Assembly: GCA_002403855.1 (NCBI GenBank)
Contig: DHIO01000026.1
Span: 183,627-247,626, forward strand
Source: Acidimicrobiia bacterium UBA4744
Lineage (GTDB): Bacteria > Actinomycetota > Acidimicrobiia > Spongiisociales > UBA4744
Direction: 5' to 3'
Length of the DNA stretch: 64,000 bases
Positions 49,117 through 57,531 of this stretch are shown piece by piece (position 1 is the first letter of the stretch; each line of letters opens with the position of its first letter). A program made the translations under genes and the position numbers. The notes below the pieces were generated by a model, which did no database searches, was not told the DNA's origin, and saw only the letters and a program-made list of their open reading frames with translations.

Positions 49117-49581
49117 ATGGAAGTCGTGCCCCGGTTTCTGCAGCATGGGGTCATGGTTACTACTACCCAATCCTCAAACGGGTCGGCGACCCGTTCGCGG
49201 ATGGAACGCCCTGCTTCGGGACGAATCCTGGCAGGAGTTGCAGCCGCTATCGCCGAACGTGCCAACACCGCGACCTGGCTGGTAAGGCTCGGATTCGTGG
49301 TCACCACCTTCCTGGGCGGGCTCGGCATCCTGGCCTATCTCATCGGGTGGTTCACGATCCCGGCCGAAGGAAGCGCCGAGTCACCGGCCGACGACTGGCT
49401 CGACGCCGTGGCAACGCCGGGGCGCCGGGCCGGAGCTCTACTGGTTGCGGCGGCGCTGCTGATTCTGCTGAGCGGACTGGCACCGATCGGGCTACTGGTG
49501 GCGGGAACCGCGCTGATCATCGGGCTGCTGCTCGTCAAGGACGGTCAACCTGTCGAACCCGGGCAAGGAGAAGATCAATGA
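49117..49581 (+). CDS. PspC domain-containing membrane protein
   Basis: RILAGVAAAIAERANTATWLVRLGFVVTTFLGGLGILAYLIGW PspC motif plus two further TM helices. Confidence 0.8.
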   Translation: MEVVPRFLQHGVMVTTTQSSNGSATRSRMERPASGRILAGVAAAIAERANTATWLVRLGFVVTTFLGGLGILAYLIGWFTIPAEGSAESPADDWLDAVATPGRRAGALLVAAALLILLSGLAPIGLLVAGTALIIGLLLVKDGQPVEPGQGEDQ

Positions 49582-50264
49582 GAATCGCAAAGGTATTGTC
49601 CGCCTTCGTCGGCGTGCTGGTGGTGATCGGCAGCCTGGGGGTTCTGGGAGCCGGAGCCGTCGCCCTTTCGGTGGATCACGCGGACGGGTACCTGACGGCG
49701 GGTCCCGTCCGGATAACTGCGGATTCGGCCGCCGTGGTGAGCGGCGGCCTGGACCTCTTCGGCAACTATCCGGCCGTCGACCGATTGGACTTCGACCGGG
49801 TCGGAGCTCGAATCGAGGCAGATTCCCGCAACGGCAAAGCCGTCTTCGTCGGTATCGGGCCTGTGGACGACGTGAACCGCTATGTGGCCGGCGTGCGCCA
49901 TGCCTCGGTCGAGTTCTTTGGAGACGAGGTGGTCGTCGTCGGACACGATGGAACCAGCCGGATCCCTCCCCCTGCCGATGAGAGCTTCTGGGCGGCCGAG
50001 GCCACGGACGAACAACTCACCTGGAGGATCGAGAACGGCCGCTGGGCAATGGCGCTGTTGAACGCAGATGGCACACCCGGGATCGACGTCGACTTGACCG
50101 CCGGCGCCAGGGTGCCGTTCGTCCGCCCGATCGGGATCGCTTTCCTTGTTGCCGGCCTGGTGGGTCTGGCAGTCGGAGTCGCCCTCACCTACCTCGGGGT
50201 CAGAACCGGCCCGAGTCCGGCGGCGACGCCGAGCGAGGCAAGGGAAGAATCCCCCGTCGGCTGA
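49578..50264 (+). CDS. membrane-anchored hypothetical protein (N- and C-terminal TM), coupled to the PspC gene
   Basis: ATGA overlap with the preceding stop, and GGAGAAG SD. N-terminal TM AKVLSAFVGVLVVIGSLGVLGAGAV, a ~170 aa beta-rich middle, and C-terminal TM. Confidence 0.65.
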   Translation: MRIAKVLSAFVGVLVVIGSLGVLGAGAVALSVDHADGYLTAGPVRITADSAAVVSGGLDLFGNYPAVDRLDFDRVGARIEADSRNGKAVFVGIGPVDDVNRYVAGVRHASVEFFGDEVVVVGHDGTSRIPPPADESFWAAEATDEQLTWRIENGRWAMALLNADGTPGIDVDLTAGARVPFVRPIGIAFLVAGLVGLAVGVALTYLGVRTGPSPAATPSEAREESPVG

Positions 50265-50313
50265 GTTGGTTCCCAGTTTCAGTCGCGCCGCGCATCGACC
50301 AGAATGAAGCACG

Positions 50314-51339
50314 ATGCCGGCCAACCTCACGCCCGAGTACAAAGCGGCCGAGGCCGCCTACAAGCGAGCGAACGAGCCGAAAGAACGGCTCGAACTGCTT
50401 CGGACGATGCTGCGAGCGTTGCCCAAACACAAGGGCACCGATCACCTGCAGGCCGACATCAAGACCCGAATCAAGGAACTGACCGAGGAGCTGGCCGGGC
50501 CGAGGAAAGGTGGCGTACGGCGCGGTCCTCCGACCTCCTTCCGGCGTGAGGGCGCCGCCCAGCTGGCTCTGGTCGGACCCCCCAACAGCGGGAAATCGAC
50601 GCTCCATGCCCGCCTGACCGGATCCCACGCTCAGACCGGGGAGTATCCCTTCACAACCCAAGTCGCCCAGCCGGGGATGATGCCGTACGAGGACGTCGCC
50701 TTTCAGCTCATCGATCTTCCGCCCGTTTCCCCCGAGCATCCCATCCCCTGGATCGGCAACGCCCTCCAGCCGGCCGATGCATGCTTGCTGGTGGTCGATC
50801 TCTGTGAGGCGGGTTGCATGGAGCGCTCCGTGGCGGTACGGGACATGCTGGCCAAACGCAAGATCGTTCTGACCGCAGGTTGGCCGGGCGACACCAGCAC
50901 CCCTCGACTCCCCGTCGACCACGAAGGGGATCCTTTCACCATTCACCTGCCCACCGTGCTCGTCGTCAACAAGGTGGACCAGATCGGTGACCCGGACCCG
51001 GAGATTGCAGTTTTCGAGGATCTCACCGAGATGCACTTCCCGACGTTTGCCGTTTCGGCAGCAACCGGGGAGGGCTTGGACAAGATCGGCCCTTGGCTGT
51101 TCGCAAGGCTGGGGATCGTCCGGGTGTACACCAAGACACCGGGCAAGCCTCCCGACATGGGCCGGCCCTACACCATCCGGCAGGGAGGATCCGTCCACCA
51201 GGTAGCCGAGTTGGTGCACCGGGAGCTCGCCGAGCAGTTGAAGTTCGCCCGTCTATGGAGGGGCAGCACCTTCGACGGCCAGCACGTAGGTAGTGACCAC
51301 GCCCTCCAGGACGGCGATGTGGTTGAACTGCACAGCTGA
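50314..51339 (+). CDS. OBG/DRG-like GTPase with C-terminal TGS domain
   Basis: G1 GPPNSGKST, G2 YPFTT, G4 NKVD, G5 VSA. TGS-like C-terminus IVRVYTK...GDVVELH. The G3 position reads DLPP rather than DxxG. Confidence 0.82.
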   Translation: MPANLTPEYKAAEAAYKRANEPKERLELLRTMLRALPKHKGTDHLQADIKTRIKELTEELAGPRKGGVRRGPPTSFRREGAAQLALVGPPNSGKSTLHARLTGSHAQTGEYPFTTQVAQPGMMPYEDVAFQLIDLPPVSPEHPIPWIGNALQPADACLLVVDLCEAGCMERSVAVRDMLAKRKIVLTAGWPGDTSTPRLPVDHEGDPFTIHLPTVLVVNKVDQIGDPDPEIAVFEDLTEMHFPTFAVSAATGEGLDKIGPWLFARLGIVRVYTKTPGKPPDMGRPYTIRQGGSVHQVAELVHRELAEQLKFARLWRGSTFDGQHVGSDHALQDGDVVELHS

Positions 51340-51390
51340 AGAAGTTCCGGATAGCAGGTACCGGGGAGCCCGAAACCTGAAACCTGCAAC

Positions 51391-51738
51391 CTACCCTGCT
51401 CTGAACACCATCCCGTAGAACGTGTCGTAAGCGCTCTTGCGGACTGGTTTCACTTCACCGCGAACCGCCATGCCGATCCTGGGATCATCTACTTCGAGTT
51501 GTCCGGTGATTCGGAGGCCGTTCTCCAGCTCGACGATCCCCAGTCCCAGCGTCGGTACCTCGAACTCGGCCGGAAGGTTGTAGACCTTCGTGAAGGTCAG
51601 CAGCTTGCCGGTCTTCGGTAGGGGCACGAGGTCGAAGTCGAAGAAGTCGTTCTGACGGCATTCCTTGCACACCATTCTGAACGGATAGTGCAGGCGCCCG
51701 CACTTGCGGCACCGGTAGGCGTAGATATCTCGGATCAT
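51391..51738 (-). CDS. Zn-ribbon/OB-fold protein (DUF35 family)
   Basis: CRKCGRLHYPFRMVCKEC four-Cys ribbon followed by an OB-fold-length segment. ATGA overlap with the thiolase-like gene. Confidence 0.85.
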   Translation of the reverse strand: MIRDIYAYRCRKCGRLHYPFRMVCKECRQNDFFDFDLVPLPKTGKLLTFTKVYNLPAEFEVPTLGLGIVELENGLRITGQLEVDDPRIGMAVRGEVKPVRKSAYDTFYGMVFRAG

Positions 51739-52913
51739 CGCCCCTCCCTCACAAAGGTCAGGCACACAACGTTGTTGCCGAAGCCACCAAAATTGCAGGT
51801 GAATCCCACTTGGGGTCCGTCTACCTGGCGGTCGCCGGCTTCACCCCGGAGCTGGGTGACGATTTCGTGGGCTTGCGCAACTCCCGTAGCGCCCACGGGA
51901 TGCCCCTTCCCTTTCAACCCGCCGGACGGGTTGATCGGCAGTGACCCGTCTATCGCCGTTTCACCCTTCTCGAGAGCGACATGCCCTTCACCTTTCGGGA
52001 AGAAGCCGACCTCCTCGCTCTCGACGATCTCGAGAATGGTGAAGGCATCGTGTAGTTCCGCGACATCCACGTCCTCCGGCCTCAAACCGGCCATCTCGAA
52101 CGATTGGGCGGCCGCTCGGCGCACGGCCAACAGGTCGGTAGGCTCTTCTCTTTCGTGCACCGCATGGGTATCCGTTGCTTGACCGACCCCGGCCAGACGG
52201 ATCAGAGGGCGATCGATGGTCTTGGCCACGTCATCCGATACCAGGATGACGGCCGCTCCTCCATCCGACACGGGACACGCATCGAAGAACCGCAGGGGCT
52301 CGGCAACGTAGGGGTTGTTGGTCATGGCCTCCGGCGAGTCGAGGATGCCCTCAATCGTGATCGGTTGGTGCAGATGGGCGAACTCATTCAGCATGGCGTT
52401 GTTCTGGTTCTTGACCGCCACCATGGCGAGATGGCGCTCGGTGAGCCCGTACTTCTCCATATACAGGCGGGTGAACATCGCCGCGTGAGACGGCAACGTG
52501 ACCCCGTAGATGTACTCGGCCAGAGGGTGAGTGAGCGTGGCGACAAAATCCGTCGCTTCGAGATTGTTGACCTCCCGCATCCGCTCCGCACCGCTGACCA
52601 AGACCACGTCGTGGAGCCCGGACGCAACCGCCGCGAAGCCGGCCTTGAGGGCGGAAGCTCCCGAGGCCGGCCCGTTCTCGATCACCGCCGCGCCGGCCGG
52701 GGTAAGGCTCAGACTGTCCACCACGGCACTGGCCAGAGCCGTTTGGTGGTTCACTCGGGCGCTACCCATGTTGGCCACGTACAGGTGATCAACGTCCCTG
52801 ATACCCGCATCCTTCAGAGCCATCATCGCCGGGTAGGCGGCTATCTCGGACAAGGGGTACTCGAGACGCGTGAACGTAGTGATACCGATGCCTCCTACGT
52901 AGACGTCACGCAT
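51735..52913 (-). CDS. thiolase-like protein (SCP-x/nsLTP type), nucleophile Cys apparently replaced
   Basis: MRDVYVGGIGITTF start and C-terminal GHPVGATG and TCNFGGFG motifs. The segment expected to be N-x-C-A-S-G reads ENGPASGASA. The start was trimmed from the 459-aa track ORF to ATG 52913. Confidence 0.82.
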   Translation of the reverse strand: MRDVYVGGIGITTFTRLEYPLSEIAAYPAMMALKDAGIRDVDHLYVANMGSARVNHQTALASAVVDSLSLTPAGAAVIENGPASGASALKAGFAAVASGLHDVVLVSGAERMREVNNLEATDFVATLTHPLAEYIYGVTLPSHAAMFTRLYMEKYGLTERHLAMVAVKNQNNAMLNEFAHLHQPITIEGILDSPEAMTNNPYVAEPLRFFDACPVSDGGAAVILVSDDVAKTIDRPLIRLAGVGQATDTHAVHEREEPTDLLAVRRAAAQSFEMAGLRPEDVDVAELHDAFTILEIVESEEVGFFPKGEGHVALEKGETAIDGSLPINPSGGLKGKGHPVGATGVAQAHEIVTQLRGEAGDRQVDGPQVGFTCNFGGFGNNVVCLTFVREGR

Positions 52914-53664
52914 TGTCCGCCTCCCCTCCCAGCAAGGTCCGCTGCGCAATGAGGGCCGTCGCCGTGGGGTCATACAACGACCGGGTGGCCGCCAGCAGGT
53001 CGGCGGGTGGCGTCGGAGGGTCGGACGGAGGAAGGATCTTGGCCTCGGCCTTGGCCAGCATCTCCGGTGGGACCGGACGCCGCCCGACGACCAGGGTCGA
53101 CCGAGCTCGATCAAAGAGCTCCTTGGTCAGCGCCCACGAGGGCACCCCGCCTAGCTCGTGCGGCGTATCGAACCGTTTCTCGAGCTGATACTCGATCATC
53201 CAGCGGCGGAAACCGATCGGCGATTCGGCGACGATCAACACCTCCTGGTGCCCGAGAGTGTCGATGTGGTACTCCATCTTGGCGGCAAAGGCGTGCGCTC
53301 CTACCCGGAGTCCGCGCCGCAGGGCGATGGTGTGGAGCGACATGCCAAGACCGGGCGTCACCTCGCGCCCGTTGACGACGGCCACCAACTCTCCGTCGAC
53401 CTGGGCCACCAGCACATACTCGTCCTGCATCCGATGGCGGTAGTAGGCGAGGAGCTCGGCGTAGACCCGGGCCGCTACGACGTCGTAGAAGTCCCGCTCC
53501 ACGTGCAAAAGCGGCTCAATATGGCGCAGGACGTCCGGCACGTCGTCCCGGTCGATCTGCCGGACCACCATGTTCTCCCCGCTCGCCAGCGTCATGTACT
53601 TCGCTTCGAATGGCTTCAAGGGGTTGTCTACCGGTCGGAGAATCCTCTCCAGGTCAACTGCCAT
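52906..53664 (-). CDS. hypothetical protein, possible GNAT-fold acyltransferase with Pro-rich C-terminal extension
   Basis: 252 aa. ...VAVVNGREV...LHTIALRRGLRVGAHAF resembles a GNAT beta4-alpha3 acyl-CoA loop (R-x-x-G-x-G/A). 8-bp overlap with the thiolase-like gene. Confidence 0.5.
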   Translation of the reverse strand: MAVDLERILRPVDNPLKPFEAKYMTLASGENMVVRQIDRDDVPDVLRHIEPLLHVERDFYDVVAARVYAELLAYYRHRMQDEYVLVAQVDGELVAVVNGREVTPGLGMSLHTIALRRGLRVGAHAFAAKMEYHIDTLGHQEVLIVAESPIGFRRWMIEYQLEKRFDTPHELGGVPSWALTKELFDRARSTLVVGRRPVPPEMLAKAEAKILPPSDPPTPPADLLAATRSLYDPTATALIAQRTLLGGEADNA

Positions 53665-53679
53665 TGCGATTCATCTCCT

Positions 53680-56055
53680 TCACTCCTTCTCTGTCAATAT
53701 CGAGAGCACCACCTTCTCGGCAGTGATCGGCATCGAGGTGATGCGGACGCCTAGGGCGTCATTCACGGCGTTGCCGATGATCGGCGCCGCCGGGATCATG
53801 GTGTGTTCGCCCACTCCCCTGGCGCCGAACGGGCCATCCGGCTGGGCAACCTCGATGATGATCGGGATCGTCTCTTCCGGGATGTCGTGGGCCGTCGGGA
53901 TCTTGTAGTCGGTGAAGTTGGGATTCAGGAGACGCCCGTCGTCCCCGAAGCGCATGTCCTCGTAGAGGACCGTGGCCAAGCCCTGGACGATCCCACCGGT
54001 GATCTGCCCTTCGATCAGACTGGGATTGATCGCCTTGCCCACGTCGACGGCCAGCGCCACCTTCTTCACCATCATCCGGCCGGTCTCCCGGTCGATTTCC
54101 AGCACCACTCCTGCGGCTCCCACCGTGTAGTGGACGTTGGGATGACCGCCCTGACTGGTCTCGGGGTCGCTTCGCGTCGTGGTGAACTCAGGCATGAACT
54201 TGCCGGAGCCCACAATGGGGCCACCCTTGAATGTGCCGTCGGTATCCTCGAGCCCGTCGATGACGAAGTCTCTCAGTGGGAGCCGGAAGTCGGGATCGGT
54301 GCTGGACCGTACGCTCTCGTCCTCCAGGTACAACGATTCCTCTTCGTATCCGTGGACCCGATGCACCACGTCGAGGATCTTCTGGCGAGCCTCGACTGCC
54401 GCCGCATGGACCGCGTTGCCGCAGCTCCAGGTGACGTGCGATGCAACCGTCTGCCACTCGTACGGATTGCGGTCTGTGTCGGGTGTCTCGACCCGGATCT
54501 TCGCTGGAGGCACCGCCAGCACTTCACCGGCGATCTGGGCCATGGCGGTCAGATAGCCCTGACCGAGTTCCATTCCGGAGACGGTGATGTTGATACTGCC
54601 GTCCTCGTTGAACTTGAGGAACGACGCCGACGAGGCGTTGGGAGGCATGGCCGGAGCCTTCCAGAAGACGGCGAAGCCCTTTCCGATCGCTTTGTTGGGA
54701 TCATCCGAGGTCTCCTCCTTGCCCCATCCGATCGCGGCCGCCGTCCGATCGATGGCCTCGATCAGACCCGAGGGGTTCATCTCTGCGCCGTAGGCCAGGG
54801 TGTCGCTCTCTTCGATAGCGTTGTTGCGCCGGAATTCGACGGGGTCCATCCCGATGGCGTCTGCGACTCGGTCGACGTGCGACTCGAGCCCGAACGTGAA
54901 CTCCGAATACCCGAAGCCCCGGTACGGACCACCCGGCGGCAGATTGGTGTAGATGCACTTCGAGTCGATCCACACGTTCGGAATTCGATAGGGACCGGTA
55001 GCCGACAAGCCGGCTGCGTTGACTACGTTGGCTCCGTATTCGACGTAGGCGCCGGCATCCCAGTTGAGGATGTGCTTGAGGGCCGTGATCGTTCCGTCGT
55101 TCTTCACCCCCATCTTGATCCGAGCAACGACGCCCTGACGTTGGTAGGTGTTGTAGAACTCCTGTTCTCGAGTGAAACGGATCTTGACGGGATGTCCCTT
55201 CACCGCCGTCGCCAGGGCCGCTCCCATGATTTCCATCGAAACGCCGGCCTTACCTCCGAACCCACCTCCCACATAGGGGGTAATGACCCTGACGTCCTTG
55301 TGGGACAGGCCCAGCGGAGCGAGCGCCTCAGCAAACAGGTGTCGCTGGGTGTAGGGCGATTGTGATGCCGACCACATGGTCAACCGTCCGGAATGGTCGT
55401 ACAACCCAACGATCACATGCGGTTCGATGGCACAGTGAGCGTACCTCGGCACCCGATATTCGCCTTCCAGTATCAGATCGGCTTCGGCAAATCCCCTCTC
55501 AACATCACCTTTTCGAGTCTTGCGCCAGTGGGCGATGTTTGTGTTGTCGTGCGGGTAGAACCACGGAACGTGCGTATAGCCCCCGAGCTCGGGGTGGATC
55601 AATTCGCCGTCGGGCCGGAGCGCTTCGATCGGGTCGAGAATCGGTGGTAGTTCCTGGTACGTAACCTCGACGAGCTTGGCGGCTCGTTTGGCCACCTTCG
55701 GATCACGAGCGACGACCGCGGCCACCTGTTCGCCGACGAAGCGGACCCGATCCTGGGCGAAGATGTACCGGTCCTTCATGTACAGGCCGAATCTGAAGGG
55801 AAAATCCATGCCCGTAACGACTTTGGTGACTCCGGGCACGGCCTCTGCGGCGGAGGTGTCGATGCTCTGGATCAGACCGTTGGCCAGGGGGCTCTCAACG
55901 ATCTCCGCGTGCAGAAGGTCGGGACCGAAGTCCAGGTCGTCCACGTACCGCGCCGCGCCCGAGACCTTCTCCAACCCATCGACTCTCACCGCCGGCTTGC
56001 CGACGAAATCCAGGTCACGGGTGCTTAGTTCCTCAAACGGTCTCACAGTGCTCAT
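53680..56055 (-). CDS. xanthine dehydrogenase family molybdopterin-binding large subunit (candidate uracil/thymine dehydrogenase)
   Basis: GKPAVRVDGLEKVSGAARYVDD hammerhead start and VGGGFGGK MoCo-domain motif. 791 aa from ATG 56055, which overlaps the FeS subunit stop (ATGA). Confidence 0.88.
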   Translation of the reverse strand: MSTVRPFEELSTRDLDFVGKPAVRVDGLEKVSGAARYVDDLDFGPDLLHAEIVESPLANGLIQSIDTSAAEAVPGVTKVVTGMDFPFRFGLYMKDRYIFAQDRVRFVGEQVAAVVARDPKVAKRAAKLVEVTYQELPPILDPIEALRPDGELIHPELGGYTHVPWFYPHDNTNIAHWRKTRKGDVERGFAEADLILEGEYRVPRYAHCAIEPHVIVGLYDHSGRLTMWSASQSPYTQRHLFAEALAPLGLSHKDVRVITPYVGGGFGGKAGVSMEIMGAALATAVKGHPVKIRFTREQEFYNTYQRQGVVARIKMGVKNDGTITALKHILNWDAGAYVEYGANVVNAAGLSATGPYRIPNVWIDSKCIYTNLPPGGPYRGFGYSEFTFGLESHVDRVADAIGMDPVEFRRNNAIEESDTLAYGAEMNPSGLIEAIDRTAAAIGWGKEETSDDPNKAIGKGFAVFWKAPAMPPNASSASFLKFNEDGSINITVSGMELGQGYLTAMAQIAGEVLAVPPAKIRVETPDTDRNPYEWQTVASHVTWSCGNAVHAAAVEARQKILDVVHRVHGYEEESLYLEDESVRSSTDPDFRLPLRDFVIDGLEDTDGTFKGGPIVGSGKFMPEFTTTRSDPETSQGGHPNVHYTVGAAGVVLEIDRETGRMMVKKVALAVDVGKAINPSLIEGQITGGIVQGLATVLYEDMRFGDDGRLLNPNFTDYKIPTAHDIPEETIPIIIEVAQPDGPFGARGVGEHTMIPAAPIIGNAVNDALGVRITSMPITAEKVVLSILTEKE

Positions 56056-56528
56056 CGGGCTGCCCTTCCCGCGGCGTTCGCCGCCGCCAGCACGGCCTCG
56101 ATGATCGGGGCGTATCCGGTACAGCGACAGAGGTTTCCTCCGATCGCCTCCTGTACGTCTTCCCGCGTTGGGTTCGGTTTCTCCTCCAGGAGTTCGGCGG
56201 CCGCCAGCACGATTCCGGGCGTGCAGAAGCCGCACTGGAAGGAGTTCAGGTCCACGAAGAACTGCTGGAGGGACGTGAGTCCGTCATCGTCGAGACCCTC
56301 GATCGTCGTTACCTCATGCCCGTCGGCTTCCACGGAGAGCACCAGACAACTCCGCACCGTGCGGCCCTCGAGCAGCACCGTGCAGCTGCCGCAATCTCCA
56401 CGCTCGCATCCGATTTTGGGGCTCTTCACGCCTACCTTGGATCGGAGCGTTTCGAGAAGCACATCGTTGGGTTCGACCGACAGCAACCATGGGTCGCCGT
56501 TGACGGTGACCGAGATATCCATGCGCAT
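56052..56528 (-). CDS. (2Fe-2S)-binding small subunit of the molybdo-dehydrogenase
   Basis: GCERGDCGSCTV plant-type cluster. CGFCTPG ... CRCTGY second cluster. Confidence 0.9.
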   Translation of the reverse strand: MRMDISVTVNGDPWLLSVEPNDVLLETLRSKVGVKSPKIGCERGDCGSCTVLLEGRTVRSCLVLSVEADGHEVTTIEGLDDDGLTSLQQFFVDLNSFQCGFCTPGIVLAAAELLEEKPNPTREDVQEAIGGNLCRCTGYAPIIEAVLAAANAAGRAAR

Positions 56529-56531
56529 CCC

Positions 56532-57422
56532 CTACATCAAGTTGGTTCCGTAGGAAGGCCCGGTACCTTCCAGACGTTCTACCGAGGCCTTCAGACCCCG
56601 CTGCAACATGACCTCCGACATTCGCAATCGGTATTCCTTCGTCGCCCGCATGTCGGTGATGGGCAAGATCTCTTCGCGCACGAGCCCCATTGCTTCGGCA
56701 ACCAGCCCCGGGTCGAGCGCCCTGCCCATCAGGAGGGCTTCGATGCGTCTTGCTCGGACCGGCGTAGCGGCTACTGCTCCGAAGGCCAAGCGAAAAAGAT
56801 GGTCGGGAGGCGCCAGGACGGACACGCTGGCCTGAGCCAAGTCCTCACCTTCATACCGACTGAGTCGAACGTAGGCGGCGCCGTGACCGCCCACAGGAAC
56901 CGGGACCACCACCTTGGTCACGATCTCGCCACGGGCGAGCGCCGTCTCTCGAGGGCCGAGAAACCACTCGTGGATCGGAATCCGGCGGGGACCATTCGGT
57001 CCGACGACGTAGACCGCTGCGTCGTACACGAGGAGGACCGGCCCCCCATCACAGGAGGGAACGGCGGAGCAGATATTCCCCACCAGCGTGGCTCGATTGC
57101 GGATCCCGGTGGACCCCACGGTTCCCGCCATTTCATGGATGAGAGGGAGCCGGGTGCGGATCAGCTCCGAGTTGAGCAGATCAGAGAAGGTGACCAACGA
57201 ACCGATGGCGACGGCGTCGCCCTCGTCGACAATGTCGCCTAGACCCTCGATCTGTTTGATATCGACGAGCAAATCCGGGGCGATCGCTTCATCCCGCAGC
57301 CAGGCCACCAGATCGGTACCCCCCGCCAGCACCCGGACCTCTCCGGCGTGCCCGGAGAGCATCCGGACGGCCTCGTCCAGCGTCTCCGGCCGCTGGTAGT
57401 CGAACACCTGGGCGATCGTCAT
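56532..57422 (-). CDS. FAD-binding (CoxM/XdhB-like) medium subunit of the molybdo-dehydrogenase
   Basis: FDYQRPETLDEA...VLAGGTDL PCMH-type FAD-binding start. AAGGAG 6 nt upstream of ATG 57422. Confidence 0.85.
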   Translation of the reverse strand: MTIAQVFDYQRPETLDEAVRMLSGHAGEVRVLAGGTDLVAWLRDEAIAPDLLVDIKQIEGLGDIVDEGDAVAIGSLVTFSDLLNSELIRTRLPLIHEMAGTVGSTGIRNRATLVGNICSAVPSCDGGPVLLVYDAAVYVVGPNGPRRIPIHEWFLGPRETALARGEIVTKVVVPVPVGGHGAAYVRLSRYEGEDLAQASVSVLAPPDHLFRLAFGAVAATPVRARRIEALLMGRALDPGLVAEAMGLVREEILPITDMRATKEYRLRMSEVMLQRGLKASVERLEGTGPSYGTNLM

Positions 57423-57531
57423 ACGACGCTCCTTATCGGTCGTTTTCGCCAAAACTACGCTCTTCGACTGGACCCGTGCGGCCCGCCCGGGGGCCCGACG
57501 AGCCCACTATGGCGCCCGCCCGGCCGCCGGA

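Noticed and set aside
57423-57531. The direct repeat GCCCGCCCGG (57481-57490 and 57516-57525) in the gap between the DUF1116 and FAD-subunit genes, considered as a regulatory element.
   Set aside because: It is a short, GC-only repeat that is plausible by chance in this composition. No associated stem-loop or promoter hexamers could be defended.
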